Positions 9,065 through 18,310 are shown, counted from the first letter of the stretch. The stretch is 48,043 nt of DNA from an uncultured Candidatus Saccharibacteria bacterium (GCA_964361185.1 CAYHZS010000001.1:1-48043), one strand, 5' to 3'. The notes: a model not told the origin generated them from the sequence alone. A program made the numbers and translations.

Positions 9065-9772
9065 ATGGAAAAATTATTTCTAAAAATCCTAAAATACATA
9101 CCCAAATCTGTAAAACATTTTATAAAATTAGGCATTTTCCGTTTAACTGTTCCTATTAAACGTTTTCAGCACGTTCCGTTAAAAGGATTTAAATTTAACT
9201 ATTTTTCTCAAAATGGCGAAGATGGAATTATCGAAGAAATTTTTCGGCGTCTGGATATAAATTCCGGATGGATTGTTGAATTCGGGGCATGGGATGGCAA
9301 ATGTACTTCAAACACTTTTCATCTCTTGGAATCGAAAAAACCATTCAGCGCTGTTTATATTGAAGGAGACAAAAACCGTTACCAAGATCTCCTCCAAACA
9401 GCCAAGGGGTACCCGATTATTCCCGTTAATTCTTATGTTGCTCCCGATGGAGAAAATTCGCTCGATCTCATTCTTAACAAAACTCCGATACCCAAAAATT
9501 TTGAACTCCTTTCTGTAGATGTGGACGGAATTGACTATCATCTTTGGAAAAGCTTAAAAAACTATACTCCCAAAATAGTCATCATAGAAACCGACATGGG
9601 CATTCCCATAGGGGTCAAACAAATACACAGCTATAAACACAGATACACCTCATACACAAGTATGGTTGGGCTGGGAAATGAAAAAGGGTATACTTGCGTG
9701 TGCAACGTTGGAAATTTGTTTTTTGTCAGAAACGATTTATTTAGCAAACTTGAAGTGCAGGCTTTAACGTAA
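9065..9772 (+). CDS. Probable methyltransferase (FkbM-related) or hypothetical protein
   Basis: YFSQNGEDGIIEEIF (the SQxGED motif seen at the N-terminus of many FkbM-type proteins), IVEFGAWDG, LLSVDVDGIDY. This assignment is weaker than for the other methyltransferases. Confidence 0.45.
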   Translation: MEKLFLKILKYIPKSVKHFIKLGIFRLTVPIKRFQHVPLKGFKFNYFSQNGEDGIIEEIFRRLDINSGWIVEFGAWDGKCTSNTFHLLESKKPFSAVYIEGDKNRYQDLLQTAKGYPIIPVNSYVAPDGENSLDLILNKTPIPKNFELLSVDVDGIDYHLWKSLKNYTPKIVIIETDMGIPIGVKQIHSYKHRYTSYTSMVGLGNEKGYTCVCNVGNLFFVRNDLFSKLEVQALT

Positions 9773-9812
9773 AGTGTAATCTGTTTTTTGTGAATAAGGG
9801 TCAAAAAATTAT

Positions 9813-10054
9813 ATGAAAAAAACTATTCAAAAATTGTTTAACCTAATAGGGACTGAAATAAGAAAAAAGGGTCTCTATAGCTATCATCACTCCATGGGGT
9901 CCTGACACAGTTGCGCAATATGGGATTCACCTCAAAATCAATCATAGACATAGGCGCAGCTTTTGGAGACTGAGCTCGCATCACCATAAAAATATTTCCC
10001 GAAGCGTCATATGTGCTTGTTGGACTGCTCAAAGAATATGAAAAAATTAATTAA
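9813..10054 (+). pseudogene. Degraded N-terminal remnant of an FkbM/class I methyltransferase gene
   Basis: ATG 9813 gives MKKTIQKLFNLIGTEIRKKGLYS..., which stops at 9903-9905. A second frame, open from 9881, reads ...LTQLRNMGFTSKSIIDIGAAFGD*ARITIKIFPEASYVLV... with an in-frame TGA at 9971-9973 where FkbM proteins usually have W. That frame runs into the start of the intact gene at 10038. Confidence 0.55.
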
Positions 10055-10790
10055 AAAAATCTTTTTTGGTAAACAAACATTTCAATCTTTTTGGAGGGGA
10101 CTATTTGATATTTCAATTGAGGGAATGAATATAGGAACCGGGGGACGTAATTTTAGTGAAAGCGGAGAGGAATACGCCATGAGATACGCGCTAAACAAAG
10201 AAAGCTGTCCTGTTGTCTTTGACGTCGGTGCCCAGGGCGGGGATTACACTAAAAACATAATAGAGTTTACTCGGGGAAAAGCCGAGATTTACGCTTTTGA
10301 GCCGTGCCTCAGAGATTATCTGGAGCTTGAAAAACAATTTGAAAATAAGGTGACTCTTATCAACAGCGCCCTGGGGGAAATAGAGGGAGAAGGGACTCTC
10401 TATTATCCTGAAAATACGAGAGGTTTAAGTTCTCTATATAAACCGGGGAAGGAATTCGACAGGAGCGAGAAGGTGAAAATAGAAACTCTGAACGGTTTCT
10501 GTGCGCGAAACGGAATAAAAAATATAGATTTGCTTAAACTTGATACCGAAGGCAACGAACTAAAATGCCTTATGGGTTCAAAAAATATGCTAAAAAATAT
10601 AAAATTCATACAATTCGAATTTTCCGTATCCAGCCGTGATTCACGGACATATTTTAAGGATATTTTTGAATTTCTGTCCGATTACAAAATCTACCGAATA
10701 CTTAAGGACGGGCTCTATGAAATAAGAAGTCCCGAAAGAATCACGGAACTCCTATTCACCACAAATTACCTGGCCGAAAGAAAAAATTAA
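10038..10790 (+). CDS. FkbM family methyltransferase
   Basis: VFDVGAQGGDYT (motif I), IYAFEP, DLLKLDTEGNELKCL. Start taken at ATG 10038 (MKKLIKK) rather than the track start at 10011. Confidence 0.8.
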   Translation: MKKLIKKIFFGKQTFQSFWRGLFDISIEGMNIGTGGRNFSESGEEYAMRYALNKESCPVVFDVGAQGGDYTKNIIEFTRGKAEIYAFEPCLRDYLELEKQFENKVTLINSALGEIEGEGTLYYPENTRGLSSLYKPGKEFDRSEKVKIETLNGFCARNGIKNIDLLKLDTEGNELKCLMGSKNMLKNIKFIQFEFSVSSRDSRTYFKDIFEFLSDYKIYRILKDGLYEIRSPERITELLFTTNYLAERKN

Positions 10791-10793
10791 TCC

Positions 10794-11690
10794 ATGAAAT
10801 TAAGCATCGTCACTCCGGTCTATAACGGCGAAAAATACCTAGCGGAAACCATCGAAAGCGTCCTCTCGCAGGAGGGAGATTTTGAGGTTGAATACATAAT
10901 AAAGGACGGTGGCTCAAACGACGACACCGTGAAAATTATAAAATCGTATGATGAAAAACTCCGCGCGGGGCAATACCCTATCAAATGTAGCGATATCTCC
11001 TTCAAATGGTACTCCGGAAAAGACTTGGGCATGTATGACGCCATAAACAAGGGATTTGAGGGCGCCACGGGCGAGATTTACGCCTGGATTAACAGCGACG
11101 ACTTATACCTGCCCGGAGCCTTCTCGGCTGTTATACGAGCATTTGAAGCGTTTCCGGAAGTTGAATGGCTGAAGGGCGAGGGTTTCCTGATAGACGAATC
11201 ATCCAAAACTCGCGAGGAAATACTGTCCTACGCGTACAGGCAGGATTGGATAGCCCGCGGTTTTTACGGCACAGTCGCGCCCTTTATACCGCAGGAAACG
11301 GCTTTCTGGTGCGCCCTGCTCTGGCGCAAATCGGGCGGAATCGACAAAACATTAAAACTTGCCGGGGATTATTCTCTGTGGATTAAATTCGCGCGGTACG
11401 CGCCACTTTGGACACTTGACGTTAAGGTAAGCTGTTTCCGAACCTCGGATACCCAATTGACTCACACAATGGGTGACTACCGAAAGGAACAACAGGACTT
11501 ACTTCCGCACAAAGACTTTCTTTACTATATAGTTGAAATATTTTTTTGGATTAAGTCAAAAACAAAATGGTACCCGGGCTTTTCAGTCGTTCTTTACAAA
11601 ATATTCTTTGGAAGCCAGCGGGAACAAGCCATCTATCCCCGCCCTGATAACACCATAGAAAAAAGAACTGTTGATTCATATCTGGTTTAA
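10794..11690 (+). CDS. Family 2 glycosyltransferase
   Basis: LSIVTPVYNGEKYLAETIESVLSQ, IIKDGGSNDDT, WINSDD (DxD-type). Lies 3 nt after the upstream stop. Confidence 0.8.
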   Translation: MKLSIVTPVYNGEKYLAETIESVLSQEGDFEVEYIIKDGGSNDDTVKIIKSYDEKLRAGQYPIKCSDISFKWYSGKDLGMYDAINKGFEGATGEIYAWINSDDLYLPGAFSAVIRAFEAFPEVEWLKGEGFLIDESSKTREEILSYAYRQDWIARGFYGTVAPFIPQETAFWCALLWRKSGGIDKTLKLAGDYSLWIKFARYAPLWTLDVKVSCFRTSDTQLTHTMGDYRKEQQDLLPHKDFLYYIVEIFFWIKSKTKWYPGFSVVLYKIFFGSQREQAIYPRPDNTIEKRTVDSYLV

Positions 11691-11715
11691 CGGGTAAAAT
11701 GGCATCTATAGCACC

Positions 11716-12543
11716 ATGAAACAATTCATAAAAAATATCACTCCCCCATTTGTTTATAACCTGTTAAAAAGGATTCTGGTTAAGCCACAAATCTTTTCTC
11801 CTAAATGGAACACTCTTTCCTATGAACCGCTCAAGGGCATACAGATGTTTTTCGACCCTTCCGGACCATGGCAGAAAAAAATCCTCGATAGCACATACGA
11901 CGATTTTCTTTTTGAGGCGGTAGAAAAAGTGGAACCGGCAGGCAAAATAATTTTTGATATAGGGGCACATATAGGGTTCCATACAATTTACTTCGCGAGA
12001 CTTGTTGGTCCAAGTGGCAAAGTTTACGCCTTTGAACCTAATCCAAAAAATTTTGAAAGACTGAAGCTTATACAGGACAAAAATAACGACATTAAAAATA
12101 TCATTTCCCCGGTTCAAGTTGCAGTTTCGGATGTATTGGGCACTGAAGAATTCAACACAATTGATGATATAGAGAGTGGGAGAAGTTCCGGCGGATTTAT
12201 TGATACGGCTGATACCATACGGGAACGGAGCGCCTACGAAACAATGGGTTTTAAGAAAACCAAAGTAAAAACCGTTCCTATGGATCTTTTCAGCGAAGAA
12301 TTAGGCATAAAAGATTCTCCAGACATTATAAAAATAGACGTCGAAGGAGCCGAATCCTTGGTTCTCTTGGGAGCCAGAAAAACTATAGTAGACAAAAAAC
12401 CAATCCTTTTTATGGAAATTCATTCCATGCTTAATATGATTAATGTCGTGTCCTTTCTTTCTTCCATTTCATATGACTTAAAAATCCTGAAGGAAGAGAG
12501 CGATGGTAGGTGTTTTATAGAAGCAAAGCCGAAAAAAAGATGA
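11716..12543 (+). CDS. FkbM family methyltransferase
   Basis: IFDIGAHIGFHTIYFARLVGPSGKVYAFEPNPKNFERL and IIKIDVEGAE. Confidence 0.85.
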   Translation: MKQFIKNITPPFVYNLLKRILVKPQIFSPKWNTLSYEPLKGIQMFFDPSGPWQKKILDSTYDDFLFEAVEKVEPAGKIIFDIGAHIGFHTIYFARLVGPSGKVYAFEPNPKNFERLKLIQDKNNDIKNIISPVQVAVSDVLGTEEFNTIDDIESGRSSGGFIDTADTIRERSAYETMGFKKTKVKTVPMDLFSEELGIKDSPDIIKIDVEGAESLVLLGARKTIVDKKPILFMEIHSMLNMINVVSFLSSISYDLKILKEESDGRCFIEAKPKKR

Positions 12544-13478
12544 CGAAAATTACAATTATCCGCGTATCTGGCAATGAACTAGCTAACCAGTTATGGAATT
12601 ATATAAGTATATATGCCTATACCTTAGAACGCGGGTTTGGGCTTAAAAATCCGTCCTTCTTTGAATACGGCGAATATTTCACTATGTCTCCAGCTCATAA
12701 TTTACTGTGCAAAATAATCTTCTTTTTGCCTTTTCGCAATTATGTAAAAAGAAAGACTGCGCTTCAGCGGAAAATCTGGAGAAAGCTATATACTTGGTAT
12801 TCTGGAACTGTTCTACGTAAACACACGGCTCAAGTCGTCAGTTCAAACAACGCGTCTTTAGAGCCATACTATCTCCCCCCCTCATCTAAACCGCAGAAAC
12901 GGCTGACAGAACTCGAGCTTGGTCACGGTAGCTTATATTTTGACGGTTGGCTTTTTAGAAACCCTACAGGCATAGAAAAATATCGTAAGGAAATCAGGGA
13001 ATATTTCCAGCCCCGACAAGACATAAAAAAATCCGTGGAAGGACAGATAAAGGACCTTCGAAGCAGATTTAAAAAAATCATAGGGGTTCATATTCGCCAA
13101 GGCGACTACAAAAACTGGCGGAATGGAACATATTTTATACCCCAAACACGAGTACGGGAAAGTCTCGACGAGTATTCAAAAATTAAAGGACTAAATAATT
13201 CGGAAGCATGCTTCGTCATAACTTCTGATGAGAAGATTGAAACTGATTTATTTACCGGATTAAATATTTTCATAAGCGAAGGAAATGCTGTCCACGACAT
13301 ATTTCTCCTTTCAAAGACCGACGTCGTAATTGGCTCAAATTCCACTTTCGGTGCTTTTGCTTCATACTATGGCAACATTCCGTTTATTGTAATGCAAAAA
13401 GAACGTATGGATTGGAACTATTATAAAGATAAAAAAACATTTTTTGAAAACAAATACTCCAGTTTTGTTTATTACTAA
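12540..13478 (+). CDS. GT11-like glycosyltransferase (alpha-1,2-fucosyltransferase family-like)
   Basis: GVHIRQGDY resembles the GT11 HxRRGDY motif, and VVIGSNSTFGAFASYYG resembles the GT11 SNSTFSWW motif. ATG 12540 forms an ATGA overlap with the upstream stop. Confidence 0.6.
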   Translation: MTKITIIRVSGNELANQLWNYISIYAYTLERGFGLKNPSFFEYGEYFTMSPAHNLLCKIIFFLPFRNYVKRKTALQRKIWRKLYTWYSGTVLRKHTAQVVSSNNASLEPYYLPPSSKPQKRLTELELGHGSLYFDGWLFRNPTGIEKYRKEIREYFQPRQDIKKSVEGQIKDLRSRFKKIIGVHIRQGDYKNWRNGTYFIPQTRVRESLDEYSKIKGLNNSEACFVITSDEKIETDLFTGLNIFISEGNAVHDIFLLSKTDVVIGSNSTFGAFASYYGNIPFIVMQKERMDWNYYKDKKTFFENKYSSFVYY

Positions 13479-13583
13479 TTAATTCTGGGTTGTGAAACTT
13501 ACTTCATAGTTCAATACGTTCTATGGTAGTGTAAAAAATACTTAGTGTTTAAAAGGAAAAATCACGTGGATAATAATAAATTT

Positions 13584-14471
13584 ATGTCTTTTGCTATACG
13601 TAATATTCATCTTCTAATTTTAGGGGGTGCCTTTGTTGTTTCATCGTTCGGCCTTATCTTCGTCGAAAAATTTGATTTGTCCAGACTTAAAGATTTCGGC
13701 CCGGTTGCTCATATATATTTTGACGGAATAAAAAATGGACTGGTTGTTGCAACTTTGATACTTTTTATTGCCTTTTTGTCTTTTATTATTTTAGAAAAAC
13801 ATATAGGTAAGGTTAAAACGATTGTGGAGTCTTTATGGTTAAGTCAGAGCAATGCCAGAAAAAACCTCCTAATTTTGTTAGTCTGTTTGATATTTGTATT
13901 CGCAAGTCACGCAGGGAATATACTGAACGGCTATTTCAATATGGACGACTTTGAGGTCGTAGGCATAAATCATTCCGTCCCCTTCTCCCAAGCGATACTT
14001 ATGCCACACGGCAATGACCACACCATTCCTCTTTTCAGAGCAGAAATGAAAGCGCTTGATTCCGCGTTTGGTCAAAATAAAACTCCATATAATATTTTTG
14101 TCTTTATAGTTTTGGCTCTTATCCCTTTCTTTACCTACCTGACACTTAAACGACTTGGTTTCTCTATTTTAAGCTTTGTTATATTTTTAATACTTTTTAG
14201 TGGAACAACAAGCTGGGCCGATATGCTTACCGGTTTTTATATAGTATCTGTTTACCTTCAGATTATATTTTTTTTCACCATAGCTTTCTGGTCATACACC
14301 GCATGGTCGCAGTCAAAAAAGAACAGATATATGGTTTTTTTTACCGTCGCAATTCTTCTGGCTCTTATGTCCGACACTTCAGGCCTATGGGTCATCCCGG
14401 CAATATTCTTTTGCATTGTTTGTATATACTGGGCTAATCTTTTAGACGAGAGGACTAAAAAACTAACATGA
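13584..14471 (+). CDS. Polytopic membrane protein, unknown function (possible N-terminal module of a GT-C-like enzyme)
   Basis: About 8 hydrophobic segments. A loop carries the acidic cluster NMDDFEVVG. ATG 13584 is preferred over the GTG at 13545 used by the track. Confidence 0.5.
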   Translation: MSFAIRNIHLLILGGAFVVSSFGLIFVEKFDLSRLKDFGPVAHIYFDGIKNGLVVATLILFIAFLSFIILEKHIGKVKTIVESLWLSQSNARKNLLILLVCLIFVFASHAGNILNGYFNMDDFEVVGINHSVPFSQAILMPHGNDHTIPLFRAEMKALDSAFGQNKTPYNIFVFIVLALIPFFTYLTLKRLGFSILSFVIFLILFSGTTSWADMLTGFYIVSVYLQIIFFFTIAFWSYTAWSQSKKNRYMVFFTVAILLALMSDTSGLWVIPAIFFCIVCIYWANLLDERTKKLT

Positions 14472-15838
14472 GTTTTTTTAAAGAAAACAAGGTTCCGCTC
14501 GTTCTGCTCGCCGCAATCTCTCTGATTTTCACCGGTTTTTTGATTTTTACTTTTACTGTTGTGCAACCCGGAACTTTTCTTTCAACACTAAGCGCGGAAA
14601 ATATGGACCCCTCTGTTTCCCCAAATGAGAAAGCGGAGAATTGGAAACCAATACCGCTTGCAAGCAACTTCTTGTCGTTTTTCGCCAATGGGGTGTCATT
14701 ACCAATGATTGCCCCAAACATCGTAAAACTTTTGGCTCATCCGGCTCTTTATGACAAAGCAAAATCATTCTGGCCTGCCATGGAAATAATCATCATCGTC
14801 TTAAATATAGCGCTATTCTGGTTCGCTTTCAGACATTCTTCGGGTAAAGAAAAAATTCTCCTTGTACTACTAATACTTCTAATGTCAGTTACGATATCCG
14901 AGGTAATAATCGCGAGACCAAACCACAATATAATTCCTGATTTTGATTTCAGGTACGCCGGAGCGCCGTTTTATTTTTACAGCTTGATAATGGTCGTCTT
15001 CGCTTCAATCCTGACGAAGATAAAAAGCGAGGGTGTTTCCAAGACTATAATTTCAATTGTTATTGTTATCTTCGCCGCCCAACAGGCTTTCAGTTTTCAG
15101 GCGGTCCGCATGAAGGAAGAATCCGCGTTGAGAGAAAAGTCCGTCGTGCTCCTAGACCGAAACTTGCTCTCCGAACTTGATGTTTTAAGCAAAGGAGATT
15201 TCCCTCTGGTAATGCCGAATCTTTCCGGTTCACATATATTTGAGCCTATGCCGGGTTTTGCGCTTGCCGATTATCTCCTCTTTTTTGATAATAAGTCGCC
15301 GATAAAGCTCATCCGAAACAGCTATATGCCTCCCGATTTAAAAACCCGCTCTGTCGCTACCGTGAAAAGCCTTCGATTGGAAACAAGTTCTAAATTCAAA
15401 GAGGCTCTCAAAAAATCACCGATAATAAAATCATATTACGCTTCTCCATCGTTGATGACTTATGAAGCCTCTAATTCATCGAGTAGATACGCAAATCCGG
15501 CCGTGCCCGGCGCAAACGGAAAAAACGTCATAAGACAGGGCGAATTCGACCCTGAAAAAATAAATATCATCTGGTTTTCGCTTTACACCGACGATATTCC
15601 AGGAAATTTGGAACTTTTCTTTTCTTTCAAAAACGACTTCGGCGTAGAGGGACCAATGGGAAGAATAAGAGTAGACGACTATACTCCGCTTGTTTCAAGA
15701 GACGGGCGCCGCCTCTATTACATAGAAACCAATCTTCTTCAGCTCTATACATTCTCCCTTTCCGAAAAAATATCAGACCTTACTCTCCACATACCTAAAA
15801 CAAAAAACGCTTCCTTGGAAAAAGTTTACTTTAGGTAG
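14468..15838 (+). CDS. Membrane protein with N-terminal transmembrane bundle and about 230-aa C-terminal soluble domain, unknown function
   Basis: ATGA overlap with the upstream membrane-protein gene. Hydrophobic segments run through about residue 215, followed by a hydrophilic domain. No motif recognised. Confidence 0.5.
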   Translation: MSFFKENKVPLVLLAAISLIFTGFLIFTFTVVQPGTFLSTLSAENMDPSVSPNEKAENWKPIPLASNFLSFFANGVSLPMIAPNIVKLLAHPALYDKAKSFWPAMEIIIIVLNIALFWFAFRHSSGKEKILLVLLILLMSVTISEVIIARPNHNIIPDFDFRYAGAPFYFYSLIMVVFASILTKIKSEGVSKTIISIVIVIFAAQQAFSFQAVRMKEESALREKSVVLLDRNLLSELDVLSKGDFPLVMPNLSGSHIFEPMPGFALADYLLFFDNKSPIKLIRNSYMPPDLKTRSVATVKSLRLETSSKFKEALKKSPIIKSYYASPSLMTYEASNSSSRYANPAVPGANGKNVIRQGEFDPEKINIIWFSLYTDDIPGNLELFFSFKNDFGVEGPMGRIRVDDYTPLVSRDGRRLYYIETNLLQLYTFSLSEKISDLTLHIPKTKNASLEKVYFR

Positions 15839-17495
15839 ATTTCTTCAGAACCAGCAGAATTGAAACTCCGAAGGGAAAACTGACATACTTGAGCATCTTT
15901 CTCTCCGCGCCAAAAATGAAGGAAAAAACTTTATCTAGAGTTGGGCTATTGATATCAAAATCCGATTCTCTTCCTTTTATGCCGAGTATTCTGCTAAATA
16001 TACGGAGAAGAGCAATCGGTGGGAAAAGGAACGTGTTGAAGTACGACGAACGCAATACGGAAAGAGGAGACGAGTCCCTTATTTTTTTCAAAAGATTATT
16101 TTTAGTATACCGGCGGTAATGATGGGCCACTTCGTCCTGCACGCCCCAAAGGAACATATAGGCCGGAACCATGATAATGGCAATACCTCCAGGCTTTAGT
16201 ACTCGCTCTATTTCAGCCAAAGCCCATTTTTCGTCCTCTAGATGCTCCAATACGTCAAGGGTAAAGACCGCATCGAAAGTATTTTCAGGAAAATGAATTT
16301 TGTGCGCGTCTATCACTCCTAGGTTTTTCACCCCCTGAAGCTTGCCGAACTTAATGGCCTCTTCGGAAATATCCAGACCATGCGCGTCAAACCCGAGCTT
16401 TTGAAGCTCGTCCACGAAAATACCTGAGCCACAGCCGAAATCCAGCACTTTGGTTTCCTCGGGTTTTTTGTGGAGATAAGAATGGAGATTGTCTTTAACA
16501 ATCACACGCCTGCCTACCATGAGCCAGTGTTCTTTCTCTATCTTAAAATAATTTTTATAAAAGCTTCTTTCCATTCCTGATGTGTTTAAATCCCATAAAT
16601 TCCAGTTAAATCTTTCTATGTATTCCCTAAGGCACACCTTCCAATCGCGCGTAAGATGCGGGGCAAGTTTCCTTAATCCGATATTTATAAGTTTTTCCGA
16701 ACGCGGACGCTTAGCGAAGTAGTTTTCGGAGAAAAAGCTGGAATCAACTTCCTTTACTTTGACCTGATTTTTAAGGCCAAAACATTCCAAAAGATATCTG
16801 GCGATGTCGGCACGACTACCTCCACCGTCACACGCCCCATGATACAAACCGTAAGCACCATGGTCAAGAAGATATTTCATAGACTGGGCCAAATCATACG
16901 TGTGGCAAGGCGTGCCGAACTTATCGTTAACCACGGCGATTTCCTTGGCGCCGGCTCGAAGCTGTTTGATTATTTTATTTATGAATTTTTTGTCTTTTTT
17001 AGGCCCCGCCCCCATCATCCATCCAGCGCGTATGACTATTGATTTGGGCAAAGTCCTCGCCACCAGTTCCCCGCCGTATTTTGACTTGCCATAAACACTT
17101 AAGGGATTGGGCATATCGCTTTCGTCGTATTCGTCCTTACCACCGTCAAATATTCCTGCCGTGGAAATGTAGACCAGTGGTATATTGTGGTCTCTCGCGT
17201 ACTCCGCGACGTTTTGCACACCACCCGTGTTTGTGGAATAGGCATCATCAGGATGAAGCTCACAATATTCCATATCTGTGAGCGCCGCGAGATGAATTAT
17301 GTAATTTGGTTTTACCTTAGCGAGATAACCCGCGACATCTTTGGAAACTCTGACATCAAGCCTTTCAAGCCACGGCACGTTCAAATCAATATCTGAAGCG
17401 CGCACTTGGCACACATCCTTAAACGCCTCATAAACGGCTTCCCCGAGCATCCCGCCACAGCCGGTTATGACAACTCTGTCGCTTTTATGTAGCAT
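15831..17495 (-). CDS. Fusion protein: RmlD-like (dTDP-4-dehydrorhamnose reductase family) SDR + class I SAM methyltransferase
   Basis: N-terminal VVITGCGGMLG Rossmann motif and YGKSKYGGE (YxxxK) in an RmlD-substrate-binding-like ~300 aa. C-terminal VLDFGCGSGIFVDEL...GLDISEEAI...VLKPGG methyltransferase motifs and a hydrophobic tail. One uninterrupted 554-codon frame. Confidence 0.75.
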   Translation of the reverse strand: MLHKSDRVVITGCGGMLGEAVYEAFKDVCQVRASDIDLNVPWLERLDVRVSKDVAGYLAKVKPNYIIHLAALTDMEYCELHPDDAYSTNTGGVQNVAEYARDHNIPLVYISTAGIFDGGKDEYDESDMPNPLSVYGKSKYGGELVARTLPKSIVIRAGWMMGAGPKKDKKFINKIIKQLRAGAKEIAVVNDKFGTPCHTYDLAQSMKYLLDHGAYGLYHGACDGGGSRADIARYLLECFGLKNQVKVKEVDSSFFSENYFAKRPRSEKLINIGLRKLAPHLTRDWKVCLREYIERFNWNLWDLNTSGMERSFYKNYFKIEKEHWLMVGRRVIVKDNLHSYLHKKPEETKVLDFGCGSGIFVDELQKLGFDAHGLDISEEAIKFGKLQGVKNLGVIDAHKIHFPENTFDAVFTLDVLEHLEDEKWALAEIERVLKPGGIAIIMVPAYMFLWGVQDEVAHHYRRYTKNNLLKKIRDSSPLSVLRSSYFNTFLFPPIALLRIFSRILGIKGRESDFDINSPTLDKVFSFIFGAERKMLKYVSFPFGVSILLVLKKST

Positions 17496-17585
17496 AGAAA
17501 ATTATATAACTGGATACCATTTAATTGGTTCTTTCGATCGAAATGTAAAAAGCAGTAGCTTCCTCCATTTCTTTCTCGCTGCCAA

Positions 17586-18296
17586 TTATAACATCCCAAA
17601 ACGATACTTTAGCATATCCCTTGCCGTAGTCATGATTACGTTTGGTTTCGCTCCGGAAGGAAGCCCCTCCGTACGCAAAAAATGGGTGACTGGGAACTGG
17701 GCGACTTTAAATCCCGCCCTTTTGGCCTTGATTATCATTTCGGCGTCGATAAAACAGCTCGGGCTTTTTATTTCAAAACTGTCCAGAACTTTGCGCCTGT
17801 ATATCTTCATGGCGCAGTTAATGTCCCTCACCCAGACAAAAAATAAAATACGTATGAGCCAATTATAAACCTCGGACTGAATTTTGCGCTGTAAAGAAGC
17901 CGCTTTTTTTGTAACATAACCACTTATCACATTCGCCGTGTCCAAGAGATGTAAGTATGGTAAAAACTCGCGCACGTCGTATTGATTATCTCCGTCGGTG
18001 TACATCACATAGTCATATTTGGCGGCATTAAATCCGTCGCGGAGCGCCGCTCCATAGCCCATATTTTTGATATGGTGTATGACGCGCACATTGGGAAATT
18101 CCCGCGCCAATTTGTCCGCCACTTCTCCCGTCTTGTCGGGACTACCGTCATGAACGATTATTATTTCATAAACATCGGTTATTTCCTTAAGAAATTTGCT
18201 GACATAAGGCACCAGAGTAGACAAGTTTTTCTCGTCATTGTAAGCAGGGCAGAAAAACGACACGGAGCTAAGCCTGCGAGGCATTTGTTTATTCAT
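17586..18296 (-). CDS. GT2, DPM1/GtrB-like polyprenyl-phosphate glycosyltransferase (soluble form)
   Basis: SFFCPAYNDEKNL, IIIVHDGSPDKTGEVADKL, NMGYGAALRDGF, YTDGDNQYD. Confidence 0.75.
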   Translation of the reverse strand: MNKQMPRRLSSVSFFCPAYNDEKNLSTLVPYVSKFLKEITDVYEIIIVHDGSPDKTGEVADKLAREFPNVRVIHHIKNMGYGAALRDGFNAAKYDYVMYTDGDNQYDVREFLPYLHLLDTANVISGYVTKKAASLQRKIQSEVYNWLIRILFFVWVRDINCAMKIYRRKVLDSFEIKSPSCFIDAEMIIKAKRAGFKVAQFPVTHFLRTEGLPSGAKPNVIMTTARDMLKYRFGML

Positions 18297-18310
18297 ATGG
18301 GGAAAATCAT

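Noticed and set aside
9971-9973. The in-frame TGA sits exactly where an FkbM protein would have Trp. I considered whether this reflects an alternative genetic code (UGA = Trp or Gly, as in some reduced-genome bacteria).
   Set aside because: Many well-supported genes here terminate at TGA, often in ATGA start/stop overlaps (2686-2689, 12540-12543, 14468-14471). The remnant also needs a frameshift. A pseudogene is the simpler explanation.
17532-17543. 12-bp palindrome TTTCGATCGAAA, and the nearby 15-codon mini-ORF (MEEATAFYISIERTN) on the minus strand.
   Set aside because: The palindrome is short and AT-rich, the mini-ORF has no supporting signals, and both are easily explained by chance.
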